From positions 3,429,703 through 3,493,702 of the forward strand of contig CM082577.2 of assembly GCA_040954595.2 (NCBI GenBank): a stretch of DNA of 64,000 nucleotides, read 5' to 3'. Made by a program: the position numbers and the translations under genes. Positions 1-14,127 of the stretch are shown here, one piece after another. Source of the DNA: Balanoglossus misakiensis. Lineage: Eukaryota; Animalia; Hemichordata. Below the pieces are notes generated by a model. That model was not told where the DNA came from, made no database searches, and saw only the letters and a list, made by a program, of their open reading frames with translations. Positions within the stretch are counted from its first letter, which is position 1; every line of letters starts with the position of its first letter.

Positions 1-1970
1 GTGAATGAGAATAAGGCTGAGAATAGGCGCTCTTTGTTCATTCACCAATTCTCACCATATGGTCAGTTTGGTGCCCACTTGCAATTTGCATAGAATTATT
101 TTTTGACTCATGATTTATTTTGGGATAGAGCAAGCAGAGAAATGGGGATACGTCTGTCTCTGTATCTTTGTATTTTCCTGGTGAAGTGTCGTAAAATAGA
201 ATCGCGTCTGAAACGTCCAATGCCAGGTGCGCATGCAAAAGTGTGCCATCAGCAACCAAAACCCTTCATGGCTGTAAATCTTACACAGTCAACGCTGCCG
301 ACCGCCGTGCAGAAAGGCCGTCAGGCATGAATGAGGGGGAGGACTGACTAGCTGTCTCCATAGATGTGTAGAGAACTAAATGACGTGGCGTTGTTAACCT
401 CTGTGCTTCAGTAGAGTGTTACTGATTGTCTTCGTTCACATCACCGTGAATGGCGGAAAAGCAAACAAAACAAGATCGACCCACATGACTGATGTGTCGC
501 ATTCATGCCCCGCCATTATAAAAAATGGACTCAATGCAGTCCTTGTGAGGTGCAAATGGTGTCTGGTACTCATGACTGTGACCTCTTTGAGTTACAACAG
601 TTTGTATTGAGACAATATAGGCTGTGGAAAATTGTCACAATTTGCTGGGCGCATAACTGAAAACCAATTATGCCACTGTTTGTGCTTTCTTTGGAATATG
701 GTCAGCAGCCTGTTCACTGTAGCAAATATCCGTGCGTTTTGATGGGAAAGTTGCCCATCTCCAGCACTGCCCTCTTGTGGCAGGATTGTGAGTTACATGC
801 TGGTGTATGATCAGCTCCATTTAGACAACTAGACAGAAATCAGTGTCTCAATATTTTCACTTAAAAAATAATCATCATCACAACCATGTACCTATAGAAA
901 ATATGACTAGTCATTTATAAATGCAGGATCATGACAGAATGCAGCACAATGCCATGACAATATCAATTGGGGAAAATCATTTTTTTTATATTCACAGGAA
1001 TGTGTGGAGATTTGTATTTATCACCCCAGCCAATAATATTTATACACTGTCTGGCTTTATGTGAGTGGTTTCAGGAATACTAAATGAAAAATGCAAATTT
1101 GGTTCAATTTCTTGAACTCAAACATCCCGGCAGGAATCAAAACTTGTAGCTATCCGTTCATTCCATACATAATGTATCGTTCCCCTTCGTCACTTTTTTG
1201 AAATGCACTGTGGATCAGGAATACACAGTTAGAACAGAATTAAGTTGTGTTGATATGATCGTAGCAATGCCTCCGGTCTTCAAAAACAACAGAATGGAAA
1301 ATACACCAGGAATGTTTATTCCTGAAAACCTATGCGTGAAGCAAAAAAAACCCGGAGCACTGATTGTTGCAAACTACACGTGTATACATTTCTCTGCCTG
1401 CATACAGGACTGTCTTGTGGTAATTATCAATATGACCGGGTCAGTTTTATGAAAATCTAATATACGCCACAAAAGTATCGGTGTGTGCACACGCACAAAG
1501 ACACACAGAATCCGCGGAGATTCAACCACAAGATAACTGCTTGTCACTTTACCAATCGTGGCAGTATCGATTTATGATACACTAGAGCGTTCCATTCCAC
1601 TGGCAGGGGGGATGCAGTCGTGTTTGATTCAAATCTGTGCGTAAGTGATACTCCCACCCCACACAGAGCAGGCCGTGTGGATCACCTGCTTTTGAAATGG
1701 AAGTGTCCCAGAGGTGTCGGGATGGGGGGAATAAGAAATGAGCGCATGATTCAATTATTTAGTCACTGTTTTTGCCCGTTTTTCTGCAAGCCTGCCACCA
1801 CACACAGCCTTGTGTGATGTCAATTTTGTGCGGTGTATTCACGCATGTCCGATCTGACCGCTCGACGGCGATGACTTCATCATCACTGAGATATCACAAC
1901 CAGCCAGACGACAGAGGCACTGACGTTTAGCTAACTTTTGTTTTGAGGCATGCGTATGTATATATACTCG

Positions 1971-2136
1971 TGCTAACGACTGAAACAATGCGTGTTTCTG
2001 TTTTTCTCTGTCGATCGGCGCTGCGTGCAAATTGATGCGTCTTTCTCATCGCTGGGCTGTGCGGTGTTTGGGATCCCTGGGGTTGACTTGATTCCACCCC
2101 TGGTACACTATGATGTTGGCGCATAACAACGCCCAG
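1971..2136 (+). promoter_or_regulatory. Distant branch point, polypyrimidine tract and AG-exclusion zone upstream of the 24-nt rhomboid micro-exon
   Basis: TGCTAAC at 1971-1977 is followed by TGTTTCTGTTTTTCTCTGTC (1993-2012). There is no AG dinucleotide between 1948 and 2134; the first AG (2135-2136) is the micro-exon acceptor. Confidence 0.65.
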
Positions 2137-5100
2137 AGATGGAAGCCACTCTTCGATCAGGTAAGTGGAAAACCCATCTTTTGCATTGCAAATGGTTCAT
2201 CCCAATTGGCTTCTGCACAGTTCCTGGCTGGGCCACTGTATCAACCATATGTCTATGTTCATCACCATCTGTACATCTCAGCCTGCCAGGAGTGGTTTGT
2301 TTTTTTTCAACCTCAACACAAACATTTCCTCATGCAGAAATAATGTTGACCTTTCATGTGAAGGAATTCATTTCCCACTGAGACCTTTTCCGATGTCAAA
2401 CTTATTCTGAATATTTCATATTCTTTACTATTTTACAGCAGAGCAGTAATTGCCCAATGAAATGCACATTCTGAAGAATGTCACATACTAGAAACTATTT
2501 TTTTCAAAAACATGATCAAATCGCCATTAAATCCATTAAATATAAATCAGATTCTGATACCGTCATCACCGCAAATGTTGACCATTTAATCATTGGAGGC
2601 ATTATATGCTTCACATTGGTACATGTATGTAGAAACTTCCAGAGTCATTATTTTTGAGACCAGGTTTTGCCTACATGTATTTCAGAGCTCAGTAGCTGAT
2701 CATCAGATCTAGGCTATCCCCGGGGAACAGACACGAAAATCTTCAACATATTATTTTTATTGTTGCTAAATCTGCTGCTTTTGTGTGTGATGCTTGCCGA
2801 CTTCCCCGACATTGCATTGTGCATGTAATTATATTTACAGTTTCATGTCTCACTAATACATAGTTGAGCCCAGAAAATTCTGACTGCAAAATTTGACTGA
2901 CTTTTTTTTCTCCAAAATCAGCGCATGTTTTTTTTCAGTCAATATTTTATAACAGATAAACTTTCCTTTTGTTGTTGAATACGCAATGATGAGAGTTTGA
3001 TGTTACTCTTGACATGCTTTTCATTGAGCATATGTCGGTCGCAACGTAACTACAGTGGCGGCCATATTTTCAGGGGATGAACTGATGGCATTATTTTAAC
3101 ATGCACTTCAAATTCACCGAAGCATGGAACAGTCTCTCTTTGTGTACATTAAAAGTGCGGTTCACTTTTAATGCTCTTAACTGCCACTCCAGTCATAAAA
3201 TATGACAAAAAATGGAAATTGAGTTTATTTCAATAAAATAGGCAAGCCTACATACAAGACATTTAAAATTCTTGAAGTTGACACTGTACAGTGTCTAAGG
3301 AACCGTCACACACATGACAAAAGTGTGTATTTTTATAAAATTTAGTCACATTTTCCAATTTAATAACTGTTAATTTGAAAAAAATTGACACTTATGGTGA
3401 TAGATATGCACACACTCACACAATTACACATGCACACATTTTCACATGCATGTTAACTGCAGGTCAGCATTGCTTTATTCACGTTCTGGGAATTTCATCC
3501 ATAAATTCTGATAGACCAAGCGTCTGTAGTATCACGCGTAATACACCAATGATCAATTTCTTGGCAAGTCAGGCAAATTGAGAAATGTTATCGGGGCAGA
3601 TATATCTGCTAGGCCTGTTTTTTTTTTCTCCTTGAATGATATCCGAGTCAAATTGTAACAATCAGATACTATTAACAGCCAATTTGGAGCCTGTCAGGTT
3701 GCTGTAATTCTCAGGCAGATAAGCCCAATCAATATTCACTGCACAGTGCAGCTCTATAACTTGTACTTAAACTTTTATGTGTGCACTCAACTGCCGACTT
3801 TGCAACTGCCTTTTAAAGATGGCTGCGACCATAGTCTGTGTTGGAGATCAGGAAAAAACAGCAAATTTGGTGAAAAGAAGGGACAATTCTAAAGACAATC
3901 GCTGGCCTTTAATGTGCATTTTGTCCCCTGTGGTCACTCCCCCAGTGGGACCAACCATTAAACGTAGGGGTGAGAGATAGGAGACAAGCAATAACAACTA
4001 TTGCCCCAATTGGCTATTCACCCTGCTTTCCTTGAATCAGTTTATCGTTTCTCTGATCTTCTTCTCCTGGGCAGAGAATTGCTTCTTCAGCGGAAATATT
4101 TTTTTTCCTGAATAAATCGACCAAAGCTTTTCCCACTTAGATTCAGCTAGTGATAAGATATTTGCCAGTCCCCCCCCAAATGACACATACAACATTAATC
4201 AGTAGCAGTATTGACCGTATTTCAGTGTGTATTTCATTATGTGCTGAATCACCCACACCTCTTCTCCCCTCGTAGTGAAATTTTGTCCATCAAGAGATAA
4301 AACACTTGACTTTTTTATCCATTCCACGTGATGTATATTTCATCAAAGTTAAATTACATGTACCTTCTGCTGTTATTTGGGGTGGATCAAAGTTAGGGGT
4401 AAATGCAAGTGGAAACATTAATAATGGACTTTTGGCTTCATCGATAAATCATGTGGACCTTCCATCGTATGCAGATAACATGAGCTGTTAATCGTAAGAC
4501 TGGCAAATTCATCACAGAAACAGCTGCATGAATGCTGTTTAAATTTTTCGGTCACAGAATTAAATTCTCTGTTTTCATTGCATTTATTCCCAGAGGAATG
4601 TTGGAGCACTGCCGCGTTTTTCTCTGTAATTATTCCATGCAGGACTGTGATGTGCATTCCGAGCCAATAACTGCCGATTATCAAAGTTTTTATAAATGCA
4701 TTGAAATTCCGACGCAAGATTGGTGTGGGATTTTGGGACCAAATTTTCGTAATAGGGCAATTATCTTTGTTTTCAATCCTTTTTTCGTATTTTTTACCTG
4801 AGTAACACCGGACACGTTGTTTCTGGCGTAATTTCATTTTGTGTTTTTGATTAATTTGAAGATTACTTGTTTTGGGAGGCAAATTTTCTTCTGCAGATTT
4901 AACTTCCACCAGAAGACAAATTAAAGATTTAATTTGGTTTAAAGGTTATGTTTTTAGTATTGGTAATTTTCTGTACTTCAAAATGCTGTTTGTGTTCACG
5001 TAAGCCGCTGTCGTCATCACGATGGATTCCAAATCACCTTGAATGTGAAAATCTCGCCATTTGTCTTGTCGGCCTGTCAGACAATTAAATCAAATGTCTT

Positions 5101-8100
5101 CATCAGCACTCATTCAGTCATCAAGTAGTGTGATTTCTTCGCCAACCGCATCGTTTTCTGGAGAGTCGACATCATCAGGACCGCGTATGACATTTACCAG
5201 GGGCTTGTAGTTCATGAGATTGCAGTACGATAATCGGGCCAACTCCTTCCCTGATGCACTGTGTAAATCTCAAGTCATATTCCTCAAGATTTCTCTGGAA
5301 TGCTTTTTTTTATCTTACTGCATGTCTCTCTGTAATGGCATTAAAAGAAAAGCCTTCTGTCTCCCTAAATGCAGTCTTCACATGACAGAAATAACAGAAT
5401 CATTTTCAAAAAAGATAGCTGTTTTTATATGTAATATGTACATCTGACAAAAATGAATTCTCTTTAGAGGTTGCAACCTTTCCATAGAAAACAATTAGTT
5501 TGGACTGAACCATGGTGGTGAAAGGATTAAAATAAGAAGAGCCATGAAATATGACTGAAATTGTTGCGGGAATTAATTCATATTTTTCAGTGAAAAGCTG
5601 AAGCTGGACGCACATGCACATCAAGAAAGCGAATTCATCATCCACAGACAGCCAGCACCGTCTGTCTGTCTGTCAGGACGATCGTCACTCGAGTTGATTC
5701 ATTCACCATACAGTATAGACTCAGCAGACAGCAATTACATGATATTTGACTGCATTGGAAGTGACTGCGGCACAATGTACACATCATTGTAACAGACACT
5801 GTGCAAACACAGTCATGCAGTGCTGAGTAAAAACCGCTATCACAAAGATGCGTTCAGAATGACAAGATCCGGTTTATCTAAGCAGTGACAATGGCATGAC
5901 GGTCGACATTTGCCCTAATTTGCATGTTCAATAACATTTTACTCTGGTATATTTACTGATCGAAATGTTTGAATTTTCAGGAATTTATCCCGAGATTTAT
6001 TTTGCATCGGGAATGAGAATGGGATATCCTACTATCATTACTCTTCAGTAATAATGGAATTTCTTTGCCACATTTTATCTCTCCGCAAACCATCAACAAA
6101 TCCATGAAAATTTCCGATAAATCAAAAAATGAATGAAACATCAAATTTGTTCGGCATATATGCTGTGCGATAAACAAAGCAAAAATATCTTAAACTATGC
6201 ATATATTTTTATATCATTGCTTTAAAATCTGAAGAAAAAAATTGATAAAAATGAAAACATCGAGTCTGACTCCACTGATTCCGAAGTAGCCATCTTGACT
6301 GAGCACGAAGTTGTAAATTACAGCAGAGGTCACATCAGGAAGATTCATTAATCACAAAATCATCATGACAGAATTTCTGATTCAGCAGATGTTAGATGCA
6401 GAGGACGCTAGGGACAGATAATTCTTCGTGCGCGAGTCCTTGGCCTTGGCCCAAGCCTCCGATGTATGTTGTGAATGCCAAATAGGCTTGAGTAATGCCA
6501 ATAAGATGGAATATGGTAGACGAAGCGTTATGTCAGTTGGCTGCAGTATGCCCTCTAAAAACGTATCTTTTAAAAGCTTCGAGTCAACTTGAGGATTTTT
6601 TAAAAATTCTCCGAGTCAGCCCTATACATTTGAATGAAGTTTGGATAATATTCTTGAGTCAGTCTAAAAAGAAACTTGATCATTAATTATGCTGACAAGA
6701 TTATTCTAAAACAAACATATCCTTCGTGATTATTTCAGTGGATTAATATTTCAATGAAAAGTAAATTCCAGCAAAGTGCAAGTCAAATAGTGACACACAC
6801 ACACACAATACAATAGGTATCAACATCTGTGATAAATGGCCTTTTAAATCAGACTTTTTAAATCGTTGCTTTCTCGTTAAGAAGGCTTTTTTGCTCAAAA
6901 TGTTGACTTTATACATTTCCTGTTTCAGTGAAATTGGCCAGGTTGGTTGGTTGGGCCTCAAAATTCTTTTTGTGAGTTCCTCATTTTGAGAGGCCCAATT
7001 GGCCCGTACCAGTACGTCAGTCTAGGCTGCAAAACCCAGGTCATTTGACTTAAAGCAAAGCTCTTCCCTTCCAACTATACCACCTTGATAGATTCCCCAC
7101 TGCCCTTTGCCACACCCAGAAGATCTTGGTTAAAAAAAACCACCTTCATGCCACACACTCACATCCAAAATTTCTGCAAAAACAAGTACTGAGCAGTCAA
7201 GTCATCGGCCTGTCAATCATTCTGTATAACTGTAAACAGACACCTCCCCTTTCATTACGACTGCAATTTCTCAAAATTTGTAAAAAATATATCAGAATCC
7301 ACTCCGCCCAGGTTTGAGTAATTGCTTCTATAGACATCCAAATGCACACATAGAAACATTAACTTCAGCTGAAGTACTGGTATATCGTACGTGATATACA
7401 TTTCATAAATCATACTGCCAGTGGTGATAAAAATTCATTCTCAATAAAAACTTTGATTTGAAGAAGGCATTATCTTCAGATTATGACACTGATAGTACAG
7501 ATAATACATCAAGCATATCATATACCGGTATATATGCTTCATCAATGTTTTATATAAGACCTTGGTAATGTCAATTTTCATCGATCAAACTTAATTTGGA
7601 AGACATGAGTCATTAATTAATGGGTTTTAAAATTTGCCATAATTGAACTGCAGTTTAATTCAATTTTGATTAATAAAAAGTCATCCCTGGTTGAATAATT
7701 ATCAGCTCTTGGGTGGTTCAATTGATGCTTTTGCCCAATTACAGCTGAACCGATCATGTTAGCTTATGTAATTTTATGTAGTGGTAAAATTACCAGCAGC
7801 TGACATGGATGGATCAAACACAGTTTTTGTACTAATACAAAATTGTCAGAATAAAGTGAAGTTTGTACATGCACACTGTAGTTTTAGGGTTACATTGAAA
7901 GCAGTGCTGCTAAAAGTTTTCAAATTAACAGTCTAGAATCTTGCAGGCTCTCTCTCTCTCTCTCTCTGCTCTGATACCTGCAGGCTTCTCTCCGGTACTA
8001 CTATAGATTTTATGCTTCTTCAGATATAATGCCAACTCCTCAAAGACGCAGCATTGAAATAACACAGTGCCAATGAGAGTTAAATCTCTCCTTTGTGGCC

Positions 8101-11100
8101 GTTTTGCTTTCAACAAATCAATGAAAAGAAATTCCCCTCAGTGGGATAATTTATAGAGTTAATGGCGTTCTTAGATGCATTTTGGTCATTCTCAGTATCA
8201 GGGGTGTCGGTCGTTGACATTATCTCATTTAGGAGAGTGTTGGGAAATCATCAACTTCTGTGGTTGGTTGTTGGGATAAAATGCCCCGCATAGTTCAATG
8301 TTCTGGGTTTTGTACGATGTACATGTACTAGAAAATGGGAGAATGAAGGTTTAAATGTGTGCTTAGAAAGAGTATTTCAGACATGCACCCATAACAATCA
8401 CATATAGGCTTCGACACCCCCCCCCCTCCACCACCAACAAGTCCACACACACAGTGCACACACACACACGTGCATGCACCATAGCACATGCATCCACACA
8501 CGCACACACATACATGACTGGTTGCAGCACACTTCAAACTGCTCTTTAAAATTCCAGACGCAGAGTTTATTTTATTGAGTGCCATGTATTTAAATGTAGC
8601 TGCATGTTATTACCCATTCTGCTGCGTATCTATCATACACGGAAAATAATCTCTTTATTATTCAATTTATTTAAAGGTCTGTCACCGTGACAGTGGAAAT
8701 TGCAATTTAGAGAAGAGCAGAGAAGGAATGAACACATTTCCCGAAAATGACCACAATATTTTTAAATGGCATCACTAAATATTTGTTAACAAACATCATG
8801 AATGACATCGCACTAATTTTCAATGACATCACTATTTGTAAATGACGTCACACTATTTTAAAGTTGATGAATAATTTAAAATTCTAAATAACATTTAATA
8901 ACATCATACCAAAAACCGTTTGTCAATGACATTCGGTGATTTGTAAATGACATCACGGCTTTTGTATAAACGACATTACACTACTTGTAATGACATCACA
9001 CTATTTCTCACAAATACACAATCTCATTTGCCAGAAAATTCCAGGCAGCATTTTGGCAAGATGAGAAATGCAAGACACATAATAAAGTATGCTTGGTAAT
9101 CTCATTTTCGCATGAATAGGAATCAAAATGGCCAAATTTGTGAGCTGTTAGCTGCGCGAGATGTGATAGCTACAGACTTTACACTCAGGTGAAAATTTGG
9201 CCTCTTAAAGTACTGAACTTTTCATGGCTCCACATTGAAAGATCAGGTTTAGTAAATTAAATTTTTTTATAAATCTTTTTTTTTTGTCTGTGAATTTCAG
9301 ACTAAGGTATAAACCAAAAAATAGTCCTCGTCATTTTGATGAGAAAGCCAACTTCAAACTTCAACACCCTGGTTCCAAATTCCAGACCTGAAATATATAA
9401 TTGCTGGCCAAGATGATGGTGTCTCATTTTGACCTAAAGGCAGAGAGTGCTGTTCAAGCGCCGTAATTCTCAAATGACCGTAATCCCTCTTTATTGGGCT
9501 CACCTAGGAACTGAAGTGAACACGGAGGACATTGTCACGGTAACATCGGGGAGAGTGTCAAATTGCATTACCCGAGATTTGAAGTGGAGGTTTCTCCGCA
9601 TGTAAAGGTGAAAATAGGTTATGTCTCGGAGTTGATCCATTCCCATTAAAACACTGAATTATGCAAAGCCCTTGGGACACTTTCTGATGTCAAAGATCAA
9701 ACAAAGTAAGGGTTCTTATACTGATGAACGATAAAAGTACACGCATTATATCGAGTTCTGGCAGAGTCGACAAACACACGTACACCACGTCAAGCCGGGT
9801 CTTTTTAGTGGTTTTCCTTATTTGTTCACAAAATATTTGCCAAGAAAATAATGGCAAAGCTCCAAATTTGGGTAAACGTGGCACTATAATTTGCAGATTG
9901 CAAGCATTTCCTCAGTAAATTAATTAAGGGCTGTATTAACTGATGGGTAGAATTAAAAGGATGCTAGAAATTTTAAAATATTTTGAGGCCAACTAATTTC
10001 AGAGAGTTGCAGCTCATGGGCCTTCCCAGATATGACATTCTGCCTTTGACCATGAAGAAGTTCTCTCCTGTGTATTATTCTCATCATCTCCAAATGGATT
10101 CAAGCCCTTTAAGTCCAGTTGGTTATGTCCAGGGAAATAAATGTTTTATGATGTACTTGACTTGGGCGTAATCACTGAGAAAGATCGCTATCGGATGAGT
10201 TGCTCACTTAGCACTGTAATATTCACATATGGGTGACTTGTTTGATAAACCCCGGTTGTCAATCATTGGACGGGAAGCTGCATCCTGAATATTGATTCAT
10301 GTTGCAAGAATGTGTTCATCAGGAGGGGGAAATTAAATATTGCAATTTTAGTGCTATTAATATTATAGTGGCATTTTTGGCCATTTTATAGTGCGGTTCA
10401 GTGTCTGTTTGTCTATAATAATGTAGTTTCTTCTCTGACTTAAAGGGGCAAGTACCGATATATTGGCCAGGGCGCTTCTAGGGAGACAGACACTACATGA
10501 GACTCTATGTCTGCAGTGTAGCCAGCCTGTATGTGAAACAAAAATATTACAGGCACTGTGCCCAATGAAGCGAGATGAAAAAGTTCAGTGTACGGCTAAT
10601 GTCCGCGCAACACATCATTGTTACTGGTGAAAAGTGAGTCACCAGTAAGTTCGTATATCAGCAATAGCAATGATAGTCTGGAAATTAATCCAGACTTGTG
10701 TGTTTACTCGTGGGCATCTCTGCATGCTGTATGTAAACACAGAACAAAAATTCTGAAAAAATAGTCAAAACATAATATACAGGCTTAAGTCTGGCTTGCT
10801 GAACCATTACAGGACAGTGCTAATGTCTTGGTGAAATTCAGAATTCAGTGTGATGATTGGGATTTTCCAAGGTAATCAACAACCTGCCGTATCAGATCTA
10901 AAGTCAAGATGACCTGCACTTGCACACTTACACCTAATGACAGACAACTAACCCACAGAATATCAAGCATTTTGACATAGATCACGAGTTTGCGTGTGTG
11001 TATGAGTGTGTACTGAGTTATCCTGGCAAGGCAAAATAACGCCCCGCCCCTATTTGTAATACCCACAGAAAGTACTACTAACGTGTCCCTTTAAACCCTT

Positions 11101-14100
11101 CAAATAACCATATCAATACACGTACGACACAGTGTACATTGTAGCTTTAAAATTGAAGACTTTAAAAGTCGATTTAATAATTCAGAATGAATTTATCACC
11201 TGTCAGAAAGTGCCTCAAATATTAAACAATCCTAGAGGTGATATGCCTGATAATTAATTTTAATAATAGATCAGATATACACCATCATTTTTATTTTCAT
11301 TTTCATTTGATCATTTCTGTCCATGTACCAGTTAGATTTGAATCATTCCTGAAATGTTAAGAGAGTGTTTGGAATTGTTCAGAGGGGATTTTAAGTGACC
11401 TTTATACAATGTACAACCACTTTGGTTTTGCCAATTGGCAAGATTGGCAAGGACCTAGGTTTGAATTCCAGCTTTGCAACTCTGTGCTGTATGTAGTTCC
11501 CGCAGATAGAATCTGTGCCACTTTTGCTGCTGACATGTGCAGTAGTTCAACGCTCTCCTGATCTCGTTTCCACTCATTGAATCATTTCTCCATTAATGTT
11601 CCCTTTTGTTCCCTTTCCTCTCAGTTTGATGCGGAGGGCGATGGGGTCATCTCCATGGACGACTTCGAGACCATCCTCAACCACTACGGTTTGAGGAACG
11701 AACTGGACCAGCACAAACTGAACCGTCTGAAAACAACCATAGAAGAGAACAGGGATGGCTACATCAGTTATCAGGAATTTGTCAATGTTGTAAGTATCAT
11801 GGGTCGACTGCACAGTCTGATTAAAATCAGATGTAGGGTTGGCTTGATCTCTACATTTGCTGGTTATCTCACAGCGTGATAATCGTCATCATTTTCACTC
11901 ACAGATGAGCGAGAAGAGAACATTGAGTTTCTCAATTGCTGTAAGAGATGGAGAATGCGACGACACCAGCCAATCACGGTACAACCAGTTGTCGTGTCCA
12001 CAGAAGGTACTGAAAAACGTCGCAGACGAAATATTGACCAATAACTACGACAGAAAGACTTATGTAGCCGGCTACAGCTGCTGCCCACCTCCCATATTCA
12101 TGCTATTCATCAGCTGCCTGGAGGTGAGATTTTTTCATTTTTCATTTCATCTGACAGTCACACTGATGAATTGGGAGTCAGAAGCTCCAAACAGATCATG
12201 AAAATAATGTCAAAATTATATGTTCATTGTGACTCAAGGGAAAAATGGCTTGGGGTCCGTCCATCCATCGTTGGGCCAATTGATGTAGAGCTCTCAAGTA
12301 CTGAAATAGACAAATTTAGTAATGTCATGCCAATACTGTAAGAAGCCTTAGTTTATATGCTTGTTTTGTTCACTGGCAGATAGGTATGTATGCATACTAT
12401 GCATTACAAGCAGAGCGGGAACTCGAAAATGAAGATGACGTTCTCGAAGATGTCAGTGTAGACTATCTGACTGGTCCAGTGCCGGTGAATAGTCCCTTTC
12501 TTTACAAGCCAGAGAAGAGATTGGAGCTCTGGAGATTTTTGACTTATATTCTAATACATGCAGGGTGAGTGTAAACCCTTTCAACACTATGGTTTGATCC
12601 AAATCCATTGTTTTCTATGGTAAAGTTGGACCTGTATAGAGGGAACTGGGGGTAAACTTGCCTATACCTCTGAAACACTGAGCTCTCTAATGTCATGATA
12701 ATCACTTTATTGTAACAACAGACTTTGTTTTATTTTGTCAATACAAACAGGTTGGAACATCTCATTTTTAACATCTTGATTCAACTCATACTTGGAGTGC
12801 CATTAGAGATGGTACATGGTGCAGTTCGAGTTGCCTGTATTTATTTTGTGGGAGTCCTAGCTGGTAAGTATCTCTCTCTCTCTCCCCCCCCCCTTCCCTC
12901 CCTCCCTCTCATTTGCAGATGTTAAACCAAGAAATTTTCAATGTCATTTCCACAGGTTCACTGGGAACTTCCGTAGTGGATATGCAGGTCTATCTTTGTG
13001 GTGCCTCTGGAGGGAGCTATGCGCTTCTTGCTGGTCATCTGGCCAACGTTATCTTGGTAAGCGTCTCTTACGTCTGTGTGGCAATGTCATCAATCAATCA
13101 ATGAACTACAGATCCATATGTTCGTAAGAGAAGCCCAGACTTTTACAATGCTGCATGGTTCGTGCTAGTACACTTGTTGACACCCTCACATTAACTGATC
13201 AACTTTAACCCTTTCACAACCACCTCAACCACTCAACTGGAAATGTGATTAGTGTAGCTTCTTGTTCCACTTCTAACTAGATCCTGGGATGAGAAACAGG
13301 TTACCCCTATGTAAATAACAAACTTGTCGGACTTTCTCTTTGTATTTCCAGAACTTTTCAGAAATGCACTTTGGTATTTTCAGACTCATTCTTATTTTTC
13401 TCCTTGGTAAGTACTGGTTATACTTTACAACTAGAACCACATAACTGGCAACAGAACTCTAATGGTGATGGAATTTTGTATACCACATTAACAACATCAC
13501 TTTCTAATGTGACAATTAAACTGACCGCCACTCACACACATTCCTCAGGAAAAAGAAAACAAGAGTTCAAATCAGTTAAATAGAAAACCACATCCGAGTT
13601 GATTATTTTCAGGTGAATGAGGTCACAGAAATTTCTGTGCCATATGCATTTCTCTTGTTTATAAAAAAGAGTTCGAGAAATATGTATGGAATGAGAAAAC
13701 TGCCACTAGAGGGCAGTATAACATGAAAGCTTATACATGTATGCAGCAGAGCATTGGTATGTGTGTATCATCATTTATATAGAGGGCTCCCTCGCCTCCA
13801 CACACGTATTTCTTGTGCATTAAAGTTCACAAATCTGAAAGTGTAATCATTATGTTCTTGTGGAATATTTTCGCAGCTAGCGTAGACGTTGGATTTGCGA
13901 TTTGGAGGCGCTATGCAGGAAGAGGCGTGACGACCGCATTTGTGGCACACATCACAGGCGCCATTGCCGGGGCAACCATCGGGCTGCTGGTCCTGAAGAA
14001 CTACGATCAGAAACTCCATGAACGATTCATGACCTGGGTTGCCATGGCAGTCTACATCATCATCATCATCTTCACGATATTCTGGAATATTTTCTACAAT

Positions 14101-14127
14101 CCAAACAAAGCTGCAGCCCCAACATGA
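2137..14127 (+). CDS. RHBDL3: EF-hand-containing rhomboid intramembrane serine protease (RHBDL1/RHBDL3/Rhomboid-4 type), probably 5'-partial; join(2137..2160,11625..11789,11905..12123,12380..12564,12751..12863,12956..13056,13352..13406,13877..14127)
   Basis: All junctions are GT-AG with compatible phases (0,0,0,2,1,0,1). Spliced protein: RWKPLFDQ|[14 protein letters not shown]...[12 protein letters not shown] (EF-hand pair), [18 protein letters not shown] (WR motif), HAG-LEHL-FN, PLEMVHG, catalytic GASGG serine motif in 12956-13056, catalytic AHITG histidine in the last exon, FWNIF, stop TGA 14125-14127. The start exon was not identified. The symbol denotes the closest vertebrate subfamily (RHBDL1/RHBDL3 co-orthologue). 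Confidence 0.9.
8764..9007. repeat. Degenerate tandem repeat of AATGACATCACACTATTT-like units
   Basis: About 8 imperfect copies near 8765, 8801, 8822, 8842, 8925, 8946, 8969 and 8989. Confidence 0.7.

Noticed and set aside
2139-2381. ORF MEATLRS... as the rhomboid start exon
   Set aside because: That frame ends in phase 1 at the 2160 donor and cannot join the phase-0 exon at 11625; the RWKPLFDQ frame fits both phase and homology.
4418-4909. 163-aa minus-strand ORF in the rhomboid intron
   Set aside because: No recognisable domain, intron-like composition and no supporting splice structure.
8764-9007. CRISPR-like repeat-spacer array
   Set aside because: Repeats are degenerate with irregular spacing, the context is a eukaryotic intron, and there are no cas genes.
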